From: a virus
UHGV virus genome: UHGV-2190786
Reading direction: 5' to 3' (one strand)
Length of the DNA stretch: 11,954 nucleotides
Shown here: positions 1-9,012 of the stretch, one piece after another
Layout of the letters: each line of letters begins with the position of its first letter
How positions within the stretch are numbered: position 1 is the stretch's first letter
Program-made: the position numbers and the translations under genes
The notes under the pieces: model-generated
Databases searched by the model: none
The model's input: only the letters and a program-made list of their open reading frames with translations
What the model was told of the DNA's origin: nothing

Positions 1-984
1 CGCTTACGTGGGCGTTATGCGTGGTCAAAAGACGGAACTGATTCATGGTTTATCACTGACCTTGAAGACGAATCGCACCCTGACCGATACAGTGCACAAT
101 ATCGCGCAGAATCGCAGCCGGACGGCATCATCGGTATCGGGACATGGCGAGACTTCATCGTCTGCTTTGGTTCATCGACGATTGAGTATTTTTCCCTGAC
201 TGGTGCAACCACCGTTGGTGCTGCTTTGTATGTCGCCCAGCCATCGCTGATGGTGCAGAAAGGCATTGCCGGAACCTACTGCAAAACGCCGTTTGCTGAC
301 TCGTATGCGTTCATCAGCAATCCGGCAACAGGTGCGCCGTCTGTGTATATCATCGGCTCCGGTCAGGTATCACCAATCGCCAGCGCGAGCATTGAGAAAA
401 TACTACGCTCCTACACTGCTGATGAACTGGCTGATGGTGTGATGGAATCGCTGCGATTTGATGCGCATGAACTGCTGATTATCCATCTTCCGCGCCATGT
501 TCTGGTGTACGACGCATCTTCAAGCGCCAATGGTCCGCAATGGTGTGTGCTGAAAACAGGACTGTATGATGATGTGTACCGCGCTATCGACTTCATTTAC
601 GAAGGCAATCAGATAACGTGCGGCGATAAGCTGGAGTCCGTGACCGGGAAATTGCAGTTCGATATCAGCAGCCAGTACAACAAGCAACAGGAACACCTGC
701 TGTTTACTCCACTGTTCAAAGCGGATAACGCCAGAGTGTTCGACCTTGAGGTTGAATCGTCAACTGGCGTTGCGCAGTACGCCGACCGCCTGTTCCTCTC
801 TGCAACTACTGACGGAATCAATTACGGGAGTGAGCAGATGATTGAGCAGAATGAACCGTTCGTTTACGACAAGCGTGTTTTGTGGAAGCGTGTCGGGCGC
901 ATCAGGAAAAACATTGGCTTCAAATTGCGCGTTATCACGAAGTCACCTGTCACTCTTTCTGGCTGCCAGATAAGGATTGAGTAA
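1..984 (+). CDS. Tail hub / tail accessory factor, gp10-like; 3' portion only, 5' end lies upstream of the window
   Basis: Frame 1 is open from base 1 to the TAA at 982-984 with no stop. The six-frame track only begins at an internal TTG (226). The stop overlaps the ATG of the next gene (TAATG). Identity is assigned from position immediately upstream of the tail needle gene and from a size consistent with a roughly 470-aa gp10; I do not recall the gp10 sequence itself. Confidence 0.6.
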   Translation, partial: RLRGRYAWSKDGTDSWFITDLEDESHPDRYSAQYRAESQPDGIIGIGTWRDFIVCFGSSTIEYFSLTGATTVGAALYVAQPSLMVQKGIAGTYCKTPFADSYAFISNPATGAPSVYIIGSGQVSPIASASIEKILRSYTADELADGVMESLRFDAHELLIIHLPRHVLVYDASSSANGPQWCVLKTGLYDDVYRAIDFIYEGNQITCGDKLESVTGKLQFDISSQYNKQQEHLLFTPLFKADNARVFDLEVESSTGVAQYADRLFLSATTDGINYGSEQMIEQNEPFVYDKRVLWKRVGRIRKNIGFKLRVITKSPVTLSGCQIRIE

Positions 985-1832
985 TGGCTGATTCGAATCT
1001 CAATGTGCCGGTAATCATCCAAGCTACGCGGCTCGATACATCAGTCCTTCCACGCAATATCTTCTCGCAGTCGTATCTGCTTTACGTTATTGCACAGGGC
1101 GCTGATGTTGGTAATGTGGCTAACAAGGCCAACGAGGCCGGACAGGGCGCTTATGATGCACAAGTCAGGAACAATGAGCAGGATGTGATTCTGGTCGATC
1201 ACGAAATTCGACTGGCATCGGCTGAAGCGAAGATACAGGACCACGAAACAAGGATCACTAACGCAGAAGCGGCGATAGTCGGCCTTGATTCACGATTAAC
1301 GACAGCAGAAAACGATATTGAGTATCTGACTGATGAAGTTGTCGCCATTCAAAACACGCTTTCAGACCATGAAACGCGCATTGATGCTCTGGAGTATGCA
1401 ACCACGCGCAAGAAGTCAGAGGTTGTTTACTCTGGCGTATCTGTAACCATCCCGACAGCGCCGACCAACCTTGTTAGCCTGCTGAAAACGCTCACGCCGT
1501 CATCCGGATCGTTGGCACCATTCTTCGACACCGTTAACAACAAGATGGTTGTGTTCAACGAGAACAAAACCCTGTTCTTCAAGCTGTCGATCGTCGGGAC
1601 GTGGCCCAGCGGAACCTCCAACAGGTCAATGCAGCTAACCTTTTCCGGCTCTGTTCCTGACACTCTGGTAAGCAGTCGCAACTCGGCGACAACAACCGAT
1701 AACCTCTTGTTAGCTACGTTCTTCAGCGTGGATAAAGACGGCTTTCTTGCCACAAATGGCAGCACGTTAACCATTCAGTCAAATGGTGCGGCGTTTACTG
1801 CCACAACCATCAAAATCATTGCGGAGCAGTGA
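984..1832 (+). CDS. Tail needle (P22 gp26-like) with C-terminal knob domain (Sf6-type), 282 aa
   Basis: The N-terminus [39 protein letters not shown]...[12 protein letters not shown] closely matches my recollection of the P22 gp26 N-terminal hub-binding region. A heptad-like coiled-coil stretch follows (DHETRIT...DHETRID). The C-terminal ~140 aa are Ser/Thr-rich and non-coiled, as in the knobbed 282-aa Sf6-type needle rather than the 233-aa P22 needle. Confidence 0.85.
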   Translation: MADSNLNVPVIIQATRLDTSVLPRNIFSQSYLLYVIAQGADVGNVANKANEAGQGAYDAQVRNNEQDVILVDHEIRLASAEAKIQDHETRITNAEAAIVGLDSRLTTAENDIEYLTDEVVAIQNTLSDHETRIDALEYATTRKKSEVVYSGVSVTIPTAPTNLVSLLKTLTPSSGSLAPFFDTVNNKMVVFNENKTLFFKLSIVGTWPSGTSNRSMQLTFSGSVPDTLVSSRNSATTTDNLLLATFFSVDKDGFLATNGSTLTIQSNGAAFTATTIKIIAEQ

Positions 1833-2311
1833 TGGAAATAAAGCTCATCGATAATCCGGTGAAGCTTGCAGAATTCCTCAACAACCCGGCAAACACGGGA
1901 AATATCGTAGACAGTGGAGACAAATACTACATCAAGCCTGATGCGGTATACCTCGGCATCTACGAAGGACTGATGCTGGTCGGAGTGCATGAAGTGCGTA
2001 ACTTCTGGCATAGCGTTGTTGAATGCCATGCGGTGTACGACCCCGGATTCCGTGGCGAATATGCACTGCAAGGGCATCGATTATTCTGCAAATGGCTTCT
2101 CGAAAACTCACCATTCCTTAACAGCATCACTATGGTTCCTGACACCACGAAATACGGACGGGCAATTATCCGTTTGCTTGGCGCTACCCGTGTTGGTCAC
2201 CTTGATGATGCTTATACCAGCAATGGAAAGCCTGTGGGCATCACGATTTATCAGTTACCGCGCTCAAAATACGAGGAGCTAACGAATGTTAATTTTCCAG
2301 ATTGCCAATAA
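1832..2311 (+). CDS. gp14-like protein (by position in the P22 late operon), about 159 aa
   Basis: The ORF starts at an ATG that overlaps the tail needle stop (TGATG at 1830-1834); the track begins one codon earlier at a GTG (1829). Size and position match P22 gene 14. Product is assigned by synteny only. Confidence 0.65.
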   Translation: MEIKLIDNPVKLAEFLNNPANTGNIVDSGDKYYIKPDAVYLGIYEGLMLVGVHEVRNFWHSVVECHAVYDPGFRGEYALQGHRLFCKWLLENSPFLNSITMVPDTTKYGRAIIRLLGATRVGHLDDAYTSNGKPVGITIYQLPRSKYEELTNVNFPDCQ

Positions 2312-2939
2312 GCACCTCAGCAAAGCTGTTTACTGCAAAGGTGGCAGTGATGGCGGTTCAAAGGCACAGGCACGCGCAACTGAAAAGGGCATCGAATTGC
2401 AGCGTGAAATGTGGCAGACGAACATGCAAAACCTTGCACCGTTCACGCCACTCGCTCAGCAGTACGTATCACAGTTGCAAAATCTTTCCTCTCTTCAGGG
2501 GCAAGGTCAGGCGCTTAACCAGTATTACAACTCCCAGCAGTACAAAGACCTTGCAGGTCAGGCGCGTTACCAGAGTCTGGCAGCAGCAGAGGCAACGGGT
2601 GGATTAGGCTCTACAGCAACAGGAAACCAGTTAGCAGCAATCGCACCTACACTCGGTCAAAACTGGCTGTCAGGTCAGATGAACAACTACAACAATCTGG
2701 CAAATATCGGCCTTGGCGCTCTTACAGGTCAGGCAAACGCCGGGCAGAACTATGCCAACAACGTCAGCCAATTGTATCAACAGCAGGCGGCAGCATCTGC
2801 GGCTAATGCGAATAAACCATCAGGATTTCAGAGCGCCCTGGGTGGAGCGGCAGCAGGTGCAGCTGCAGGTACTGCAATCATGCCTGGTTGGGGTACAGCA
2901 ATTGGTGCTGGCGTCGGTCTTCTTGGTTCACTTTTTTAA
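2286..2939 (+). CDS. Ejection (DNA-injection) protein, gp7-like, 217 aa
   Basis: ATG at 2286 is preceded by GAGGAG about 7 nt upstream and overlaps the end of the previous gene by 26 nt. The protein is Gln/Asn/Gly/Ala-rich low complexity with a hydrophobic glycine-zipper C-terminus (GGAAAGAAAGTAIMPGWGTAIGAGVGLLGSLF). Position and size match P22 gene 7. Confidence 0.75.
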   Translation: MLIFQIANKHLSKAVYCKGGSDGGSKAQARATEKGIELQREMWQTNMQNLAPFTPLAQQYVSQLQNLSSLQGQGQALNQYYNSQQYKDLAGQARYQSLAAAEATGGLGSTATGNQLAAIAPTLGQNWLSGQMNNYNNLANIGLGALTGQANAGQNYANNVSQLYQQQAAASAANANKPSGFQSALGGAAAGAAAGTAIMPGWGTAIGAGVGLLGSLF

Positions 2940-2951
2940 TGGAGGTGTCTC

Positions 2952-4364
2952 TTGGCTACATGGCAACAGGCTGGTAATTCAGGCGCGCTTCTTGCCGGGT
3001 TAGGCGGCATGAACTCCAACGCTCCAAGAGCAAGTGATGCAGACGCCACGCTTGCATACATTCGACAGAATAACGAGATGGAGCGTTCAGGACGTAATAA
3101 CGTTGGCTTGCAGGCTTTGCAGGGCATTTCATCTGTCATGGATATGTATAAGCAGATGGATCAGCAGAAGCGACAGCAAGAGTTTCAGCAGGCTTATGCT
3201 GATGCATATACATCTGGTGACCGCGATGCAATGCGAAAACTGGCATCACAGTATCCTGAGCAGTTTGACGCCGTAAGAAACGGCATGAAATTTGTCGATG
3301 AAGACCAGCGTTCCACTGTCGGTACACTGGCAGCAAGTGCCAGACTCGCAGCTTCATCTCCAGAAGCCATGATGTCATGGTTGCAGAACAACTCATCTGA
3401 GCTTACTCGTGCCGGAGTAGACCCTCTGGATGTGGCGAAAATGTATCAGCAAAATCCACAAGGTTTCACAGAGTTTGTTGATCACCTTGGGATGGCTGCG
3501 CTTGGTCCGATTGATTACTTCAATGTTCAGGACAAGATGGCTGGTCGGGATATTGAGCGTGGCGAGTTGGCAGAGACAATCCGCAGCAATCAGGCTGGAG
3601 AAGTACTTCAGGCGAGAGGGCAAAATCTTTCCTATCAGTCAGCAATGACTGGGCACAACATCGCAGCGCAACGCTTGGCTCTGGATCAGCAAGAGTTCGG
3701 GTTTAAGATGCAGCAAGCGCAGGAAAAGGCTCAGCAGTTGATTAGCGAAGCACCTAAGCTGTCAGTAAACATGGAAAAAGGCATCGAGACGGCTGTAAAC
3801 AATGCTACAGCATCATCAAACTCAGCCAATTCTATGAGTGCGCTTGCTCAACAGTTCAGAGCAGAAAAACCAACGACAGGTTTGTTCGGTAACGCACAGA
3901 ACATGTTCGCAAAACTTACCGGAAGCGATACGACATTGCGTGATTTGCGCATTCGCCAAAATGCCCTTGTTAACAGTCAGGTTCTTAAATTCCTACCTCC
4001 CGGACCAGCAACGGATAAAGACGTTGAGATCGTTCGACAGGGTGCGCCAACTGACATGGATAACCCTGAGACGGTCGCAAGATGGCTTGATGCAATGGCA
4101 AACCTTGAGCGACGAAACGCGCAGTTTAATGAGTTTAAAGCCGAGTGGATGAGCGCGAATGGCAACCCTGGACAATCGCGTAATGGCGGTCAGATATTGG
4201 GGTTGGATGTTAAAAAAGGTGAATCATTGGGGAGTGCCGTTAAGCGGTATATGTCAATGAATACTGACGCAGCGCCAGCACAAGATTCGACACCTTCAGG
4301 TGAACCACGGAATCAGGTTGGATCATATACCTCAAAATCAGGCATTCAATTTACGGTGGAATGA
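2952..4364 (+). CDS. Ejection (DNA-injection) protein, gp20-like, 470 aa
   Basis: A long ORF whose first in-frame start is TTG at 2952, 6 nt after a GGAGG Shine-Dalgarno (2941-2945). The next in-frame ATG is 19 codons downstream. Size (470 aa) and position match P22 gp20 (471 aa). Confidence 0.8.
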   Translation: MATWQQAGNSGALLAGLGGMNSNAPRASDADATLAYIRQNNEMERSGRNNVGLQALQGISSVMDMYKQMDQQKRQQEFQQAYADAYTSGDRDAMRKLASQYPEQFDAVRNGMKFVDEDQRSTVGTLAASARLAASSPEAMMSWLQNNSSELTRAGVDPLDVAKMYQQNPQGFTEFVDHLGMAALGPIDYFNVQDKMAGRDIERGELAETIRSNQAGEVLQARGQNLSYQSAMTGHNIAAQRLALDQQEFGFKMQQAQEKAQQLISEAPKLSVNMEKGIETAVNNATASSNSANSMSALAQQFRAEKPTTGLFGNAQNMFAKLTGSDTTLRDLRIRQNALVNSQVLKFLPPGPATDKDVEIVRQGAPTDMDNPETVARWLDAMANLERRNAQFNEFKAEWMSANGNPGQSRNGGQILGLDVKKGESLGSAVKRYMSMNTDAAPAQDSTPSGEPRNQVGSYTSKSGIQFTVE

Positions 4365-6208
4365 TGAAAGTAACTGCAAACGGTAAGACATTTACCTTTC
4401 CTGATGGTACGAGCACCGAAGATATTGGCACCGCCATTGATGAGTATTTTGCTGGTCAGGTTGTTCAGCAACAAACAGTTAATCAGGCCAATAATGCACC
4501 AACACGGGAAGAACCATCATTGATGCAACAAGCTGGCGATTGGCTCACTGGTGGTCAAAGTGCAGGGCAAATTGCAGAACAGGCTGGTCGTGGTCTGGTA
4601 AACATACCATTTGACGTATTGCAGGGTGGCGCAAGTCTGATTAATGCAATCAGCCAGGGGCTTGGTGGCCCCAAGGTTTTGGATGATGTTTATCGTCCAG
4701 TAGACAGACCGACAGACCCCTATGCTCAAGCTGGAGAAACAATTGGCGGGTATTTAGTTCCAGGAGTTGGAACGGCAGGAAGCATGGCTATTGGATCACT
4801 GGCAGAGGCCGCAAATCAGAAAGGTGATTTCGCGCAAAATGCAGCCATAAATGCCGGAGTTAACCTTGCCGCTCAGGGTGTTCTTTCCGCAGCAGCAAAG
4901 GGAATAGGGCGTGGAATAACGGCTATAAAAGGCGATATCGCGCCAGAAGTAGCGAAAAAAATTGCCACCTCAGAATCAATGGGGGTGACACCAATGACAT
5001 CTGATGTCATCCCACCGAAAAATGCTTTCACTCGTGGCCTTACTCAGGATGCCGAGGGGGCTTTGCTCGGGACAGGCTCAAAGCGAGCTGAGCAATATGC
5101 AACGCGTAGTAAGCTGGTAAGTAATTATTTTGACCGTTTTGGTGAGTACAACCCTGATGATGTGGTGAAATCTCTGACCACCACGTTAAGGGGGCGGAAG
5201 GATGCTGCTGGCGCTGTTATCAATGACGTCACCAATAAAATGGGTAATGCCGCAGTTGATACCACAAACACTATGAATGCTCTGAATACAGCGATCGCAA
5301 GACAGGAACGGCTTGGGACGTCTGCCAATCAAAGCCTGCTTACATCCTTGCGTAACCTACGTGAAGAATTAGCAAACCCTGCAACTGATTTGGATGTTAC
5401 GTTTGATCTCTTGCGTCAGCACAGAACAGCATTTAGATCTAATGTTCAGGGAGATGCTATGGTCTTCCCCAACCAGGCAAAAGCAGCTACCAATATGGTA
5501 GAGAATGCAATGTCAAAAGACCTTCGTAACGCAGTTGCAAAAAACCTCGGTGCGTCAGACGCAGCAAAATACCTTAAAGCAAATTCCGATTATGCAAACG
5601 TTTATAATAAGGTGCTTAATAAAAACATTGCTAACAAGCTCAACAAGGCAAGCAGTGAAGCCAGTCCTGAACTTATAAATACTGTTGTATTAAGCAGAAA
5701 ACCATCTGACGTGAAACGAATCTGGAGCGCATTGGATGATAAAGGGAAAGATGCTATGCGTGCAGCTTACGTCAGCAAAATAGCGGAAAAGGCCGGTGAC
5801 TCTCCAGCCAAGTTCATCACTGAAGTTAATAAGCTGAAATCTCAGTCAGGTGGTGAAATTTACAACACTATTTTTTCTGGAAAGCACATGAAAGAGCTTG
5901 ATTCTCTTCATGAAGTTCTACAGAAAACAGCAAGGTCAGACACCGCAAATGTAGTAACTCAGACGGGGCAATCGCAAGCCAACAGGATAAGGACGATTGG
6001 CGCAACTGCGACTCTTGGCGTATCAATGGGGCTTGAGGCTGGTTTCGGTGCAATCATGCGCTTGTATGAGTCCAAAGCAGCAAGGAATGCTCTCTTACGT
6101 TTGGCAAACACCAAAGCAGGAACACCTGCCTATGAAAGAGCGCTAAATAATGCTGCAAATGCGATACGCCCTATACTTTCAAGCCAAATTACAGCAGAAC
6201 AGCAATAA
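4361..6208 (+). CDS. Ejection (DNA-injection) protein, gp16-like, about 615 aa
   Basis: Tandem ATGs at 4361 and 4364 overlap the gp20 stop (TGA 4362-4364). The N-terminus [15 protein letters not shown] matches what I recall of P22 gp16, which argues for the second ATG (4364) as the true start. Size matches P22 gp16 (609 aa). Confidence 0.85.
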   Translation: MMKVTANGKTFTFPDGTSTEDIGTAIDEYFAGQVVQQQTVNQANNAPTREEPSLMQQAGDWLTGGQSAGQIAEQAGRGLVNIPFDVLQGGASLINAISQGLGGPKVLDDVYRPVDRPTDPYAQAGETIGGYLVPGVGTAGSMAIGSLAEAANQKGDFAQNAAINAGVNLAAQGVLSAAAKGIGRGITAIKGDIAPEVAKKIATSESMGVTPMTSDVIPPKNAFTRGLTQDAEGALLGTGSKRAEQYATRSKLVSNYFDRFGEYNPDDVVKSLTTTLRGRKDAAGAVINDVTNKMGNAAVDTTNTMNALNTAIARQERLGTSANQSLLTSLRNLREELANPATDLDVTFDLLRQHRTAFRSNVQGDAMVFPNQAKAATNMVENAMSKDLRNAVAKNLGASDAAKYLKANSDYANVYNKVLNKNIANKLNKASSEASPELINTVVLSRKPSDVKRIWSALDDKGKDAMRAAYVSKIAEKAGDSPAKFITEVNKLKSQSGGEIYNTIFSGKHMKELDSLHEVLQKTARSDTANVVTQTGQSQANRIRTIGATATLGVSMGLEAGFGAIMRLYESKAARNALLRLANTKAGTPAYERALNNAANAIRPILSSQITAEQQ

Positions 6209-6222
6209 AAGATAAGATATAA

Positions 6223-6708
6223 CTACCTGATATTATTGCTACTGTTGCATGTTACCGTGTTTCCAAATCCTGAATTGCAGTTTGTATATGTGTCAACGCG
6301 TGTTGGGTAAGGTTGAGTTATAACAGGCTGGCGCGCTTTTTGCTCGATCGCTTGCATTGTGTTTACAGCCTGATAATTCAATAAAGCCTGCTGGAATGCT
6401 TGGCTTTGTGCTATTTGTTGGGCTTGTTCTTGGCTTTGTAATTGAACATAAAGATTATGAAGCTCAAGTCTTGCTTGTGCGTCACTTATCTTGCCTTCAT
6501 CGACACCTTGCCCGAGCATCTTTGCAGCAAGGACATACAGCTTAGGTGTTGGTGCTGATGCCATGCGTGAGTCGTTCTTCACACTGGCATCAAGGCAATT
6601 AGCCATATCGCTAAGCTTTTGATAGCGTTGTTCGCAACTTGCTTGATAGTCACTTACTTTTGCGCATCCAACCAGCAGAATCGGGATAATTAACAGTGAT
6701 TTTTTCAT
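6223..6708 (-). CDS. Predicted lipoprotein of unknown function (moron in the sieA slot), about 161 aa
   Basis: The start is taken at the ATG at 6708-6706, which has a strong Shine-Dalgarno (AAGGAGAG) about 8 nt upstream on the minus strand. The N-terminus MKKSLLIIPILLVGC is a type II signal peptide with lipobox LVGC; the +2 residue is Ala. It is followed by a Gln-rich predicted coiled-coil and a Cys-containing C-terminus. The track's longer ORF (to 6744) adds 12 residues with no ribosome-binding site. Confidence 0.7.
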   Translation of the reverse strand: MKKSLLIIPILLVGCAKVSDYQASCEQRYQKLSDMANCLDASVKNDSRMASAPTPKLYVLAAKMLGQGVDEGKISDAQARLELHNLYVQLQSQEQAQQIAQSQAFQQALLNYQAVNTMQAIEQKARQPVITQPYPTRVDTYTNCNSGFGNTVTCNSSNNIR

Positions 6709-6778
6709 ATGGTTAACTCTCCTTAGTTTTTCACAGGATATCATGAAGGCAATGCCATTTTAGCCGGAAACTAGATTT

Positions 6779-7045
6779 CTATGTTTCCTTTTTATTATTG
6801 CTATACATGGTCTTAAGCGTTTCAAAAACCATTTTCTTAACCATATCAGATTGTTGTTCTGCCATACGCTCTGCATCGTCAATGTAAACTGGTGCAGAGC
6901 TTTGTTTAGCCAATGATTCTTCAATCGCTGCAATTATCTCTGAGTTCAGCGACCTGTTATTCATCTTCGCACGCTGCTTAATTTTCGCGTGGAGTTCATG
7001 CGAAAGTCTCAAGTGAAACTGCGCCTCGTCGTATTTGCTGTACAT
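6779..7045 (-). CDS. mnt: Mnt-like ribbon-helix-helix repressor (Arc/MetJ superfamily), about 88 aa
   Basis: The stretch RAKMNNRSLNSEIIAAIEESLAK...DDAERMAEQQSDMVKKMVFETLKTMY aligns with my recollection of P22 Mnt (RAEANGRSMNSELLQIVQDALSK...NDAERLADEQSELVKKMVFDTLKDLY). The start at ATG 7045-7043 (MYSKYDEAQFHL...) matches the P22 Mnt N-terminus; the upstream ATG at 7078 would give 99 aa and cannot be excluded. Confidence 0.85.
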   Translation of the reverse strand: MYSKYDEAQFHLRLSHELHAKIKQRAKMNNRSLNSEIIAAIEESLAKQSSAPVYIDDAERMAEQQSDMVKKMVFETLKTMYSNNKKET

Positions 7046-7118
7046 CCTTGATGCCTCACCAGTTGGGTGGAATGGCATCGTAACCTACTGGATAAATACT
7101 CAATAGTACCATTTCGGT

Positions 7119-7141
7119 ATGCAATCACATCATGGTTGCAT
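7119..7141. promoter_or_regulatory. Candidate operator: inverted repeat ATGCAA-N11-TTGCAT in the mnt/tailspike divergent intergenic region
   Basis: A perfect 6-bp inverted repeat separated by 11 bp sits in the short gap between the mnt start and the tailspike start. Calling it an Mnt operator is inference; it does not resemble the P22 O_mnt sequence as I recall it. Confidence 0.25.
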
Positions 7142-7166
7142 CATATCATTCGTCTGGAGTAATGAA

Positions 7167-8987
7167 ATGTCAGATATCACCGCAAATGTTGTGGTAAGCA
7201 TGCCTTCGCAACTCTTCACTATGGCTCGTTCTTTTAAAGCCGTAGCTAATGGAAAGATTTATATCGGAAAAATTGACACTGATCCGGTAAATACTGAAAA
7301 CCAGATCCAGGTTTATGTGGAGAACGAAGACGGCTCTCATGTTCCTGTATCGCAACCAATCATCATTAACGCTGCTGGTTACCCGGTATATAACGGACAG
7401 ATTGCCAAGTTCGTAACTGTGCAAGGCCATTCTATGGCTGTTTATGATGCATATGGGGCGCAGCAGTTCTATTTTCCTAATGTGTTGAAGTACGACCCTG
7501 ACCAGGGAATTATCAGGTTAAAAGAAGAAATTGCGAAAGATGATGGAGAGAAATATATCGGAATATGCCCTGACGTTTCTACGCTCAGAACAATTGAGCC
7601 ATCATTCGTCGGGCAAAATATAACTGTTCGTGGATACTACTCTGACACACCCGGGCTTGGGGGAGGAACGTTTATAGCCTTTTCCAGTTCTGAAGCTGAC
7701 GATGGTGTGAATATTTTTGTTACCCCCGGCGGTAAGCGATGGAAGAGAGCAGGAAGCCACATCGATATTCCGGTAGAGAACGGTGGCATGATGACATCAT
7801 GTACGGCTGAGCAAAACAGTGAAGCCTTTGAACGCCTGACTGCATGCCTTCCATATGAAGGAGGTACGCTCAGACTCAATGGATTTTACGATATTAAGTA
7901 TGGCGCTATCGTGCCTCCACGTGTCACGCTGGAGGGGTGCGGTATGGATTCCTGTGGATTAATTAAAACAGGTAACGATATTAAAACCGTTCCGGATCGC
8001 ATGTGGCAGGGTGTACCACACAGCTTCTCCAAAGACTTTATTGTTGCGGTAGATATGGATAGCGATACGTCTGGTAGTCCAAATGGTCCAGTAGGTAATC
8101 AAGTCAGAAGCACCAGAATAATTGGATTGAGCTTAATATGCTCATCCATCACTCCATGCGCATTCGGGATCTATTCCAGTATCAGTTATGACGTCAGGCT
8201 ACAAGATTTATACGTAAAAAACGTAGGTATTGGATATCGTACCAGCGATAGTTGGCTGCAGTCATGGTCAACTATAACAGTTGAGAATGTTAATAAGGGA
8301 TTTTTTGTTGAAAATGGAGGTACATCATTCAATATATCAAATACTTATGTTAAAAATGCGTCATCAATTGCTTATCATTTTGTTAATATAACATACAGTA
8401 CGCTGACATGTACGGCAGCAGATTATATTAATGGCTCTGCTTATGCCTTTTTGGGCTGCACAAGTATAGTTATGAATGGGTGTGGGGCAGAGAATATAAC
8501 TGGTAGTGCTTTTGAGTGCAACCAGTCAAGAGTTACCATTAACTCTTTTAGAGGAGTGAAGTTTTTTGATGCTGGTAATATAGCTTGCATATTTACACAG
8601 TGTGCAATAGTAATGAGCGCTTGTTTTCTCCCTGAATTTGATGGTTCTTTTTCAAGTAAGTATTTTGAGCTTAATGATTCAACGATCAATCTGAACAATA
8701 CCGTTTGCCCGGATGCATCGAGAGTAAAATGGGGCGAGACAGCAGTGTCATGGATAAATTTCTCAAACTATGGCGGAAACTATACAATCTGGGGCGTTAC
8801 TGCTTGGACCGCAACAGGGTTCCTCGTAAATGGAATTGCTCATGTCTATGCGGAATTACCTCCTGATTCCTCTGTCACACAGTTTAGCCAAGGTGCTAGA
8901 TGGGAGCTGATAAGACCCACAGCTGGGAATAACTATAAATGGATTCATACCGGCGGAGGAGTCTGGAGAGCGGCAGGTAGTATATAA
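7167..8987 (+). CDS. Tailspike protein: P22 gp9-like N-terminal head-binding domain fused to a divergent beta-helix receptor-binding domain, 606 aa
   Basis: The start is ATG 7167, preceded by GGAG at 7156-7159. The N-terminus [42 protein letters not shown]...[13 protein letters not shown]...NVLKYDPDQ matches the P22 tailspike head-binding domain as I recall it. The remainder has a repetitive, Cys-rich N-x-S/T pattern typical of a parallel beta-helix and is not P22-like. The track's extension back to 7119 has no ribosome-binding site and no homology. Confidence 0.9.
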   Translation: MSDITANVVVSMPSQLFTMARSFKAVANGKIYIGKIDTDPVNTENQIQVYVENEDGSHVPVSQPIIINAAGYPVYNGQIAKFVTVQGHSMAVYDAYGAQQFYFPNVLKYDPDQGIIRLKEEIAKDDGEKYIGICPDVSTLRTIEPSFVGQNITVRGYYSDTPGLGGGTFIAFSSSEADDGVNIFVTPGGKRWKRAGSHIDIPVENGGMMTSCTAEQNSEAFERLTACLPYEGGTLRLNGFYDIKYGAIVPPRVTLEGCGMDSCGLIKTGNDIKTVPDRMWQGVPHSFSKDFIVAVDMDSDTSGSPNGPVGNQVRSTRIIGLSLICSSITPCAFGIYSSISYDVRLQDLYVKNVGIGYRTSDSWLQSWSTITVENVNKGFFVENGGTSFNISNTYVKNASSIAYHFVNITYSTLTCTAADYINGSAYAFLGCTSIVMNGCGAENITGSAFECNQSRVTINSFRGVKFFDAGNIACIFTQCAIVMSACFLPEFDGSFSSKYFELNDSTINLNNTVCPDASRVKWGETAVSWINFSNYGGNYTIWGVTAWTATGFLVNGIAHVYAELPPDSSVTQFSQGARWELIRPTAGNNYKWIHTGGGVWRAAGSI

Positions 8988-8990
8988 AAA

Positions 8991-9012
8991 AGAGGGCGGC
9001 TAGCCGCCCTCT
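8991..9012. terminator. Bidirectional intrinsic terminator between the convergent tailspike and gtrC genes
   Basis: A perfect GC-rich inverted repeat AGAGGGCGGC/GCCGCCCTCT is flanked by an A-run on the 5' side (which is a T-run on the minus strand, directly after the hairpin) and by AATAATTATT on the 3' side. It is the stronger terminator for the minus-strand gtr transcript. Confidence 0.7.

Noticed and set aside
8-266. Track ORFs 8..199 (+) and 15..266 (-)
   Set aside because: They lie in alternative frames or antisense inside the continuous frame-1 reading frame that runs from base 1 to 984 (gp10-like), and have no ribosome-binding site or recognisable product.
1775-2282. Overlapping ORFs 1775..2077 (-), 1932..2114 (-), 1960..2148 (-) and 1989..2282 (+) within the gp14-like gene
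   Set aside because: These are antisense or alternative-frame ORFs nested in a gene that fits the operon's coupling pattern; they have no independent signals.
6709-6744. Extension of the lipoprotein ORF to the ATG at 6744 (MISCEKLRRVNH...)
   Set aside because: The strong Shine-Dalgarno AAGGAGAG lies inside this extension and is correctly spaced for the ATG at 6708, which begins a canonical lipoprotein signal peptide.
6749-6762. Small hairpin GGCAATGCC followed by ATTTT between mnt and the lipoprotein gene
   Set aside because: The stem is only 3-4 bp with a minimal loop, and the T-run is on the + strand, where no gene ends; it is too weak to call a terminator.
6709-6778. Possible promoter for the lipoprotein gene in the 70-bp gap downstream of mnt (extended -10-like TGATATCCT on the minus strand)
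   Set aside because: I found no convincing -35 element at correct spacing; co-transcription with mnt is equally possible, so no promoter is called.
7119-7166. N-terminal extension of the tailspike ORF to the ATG at 7119 ([16 protein letters not shown]...)
   Set aside because: Homology to the P22 tailspike begins exactly at MSDITAN (ATG 7167), which has a GGAG Shine-Dalgarno; the upstream ATG lies inside the candidate operator palindrome and has no ribosome-binding site.
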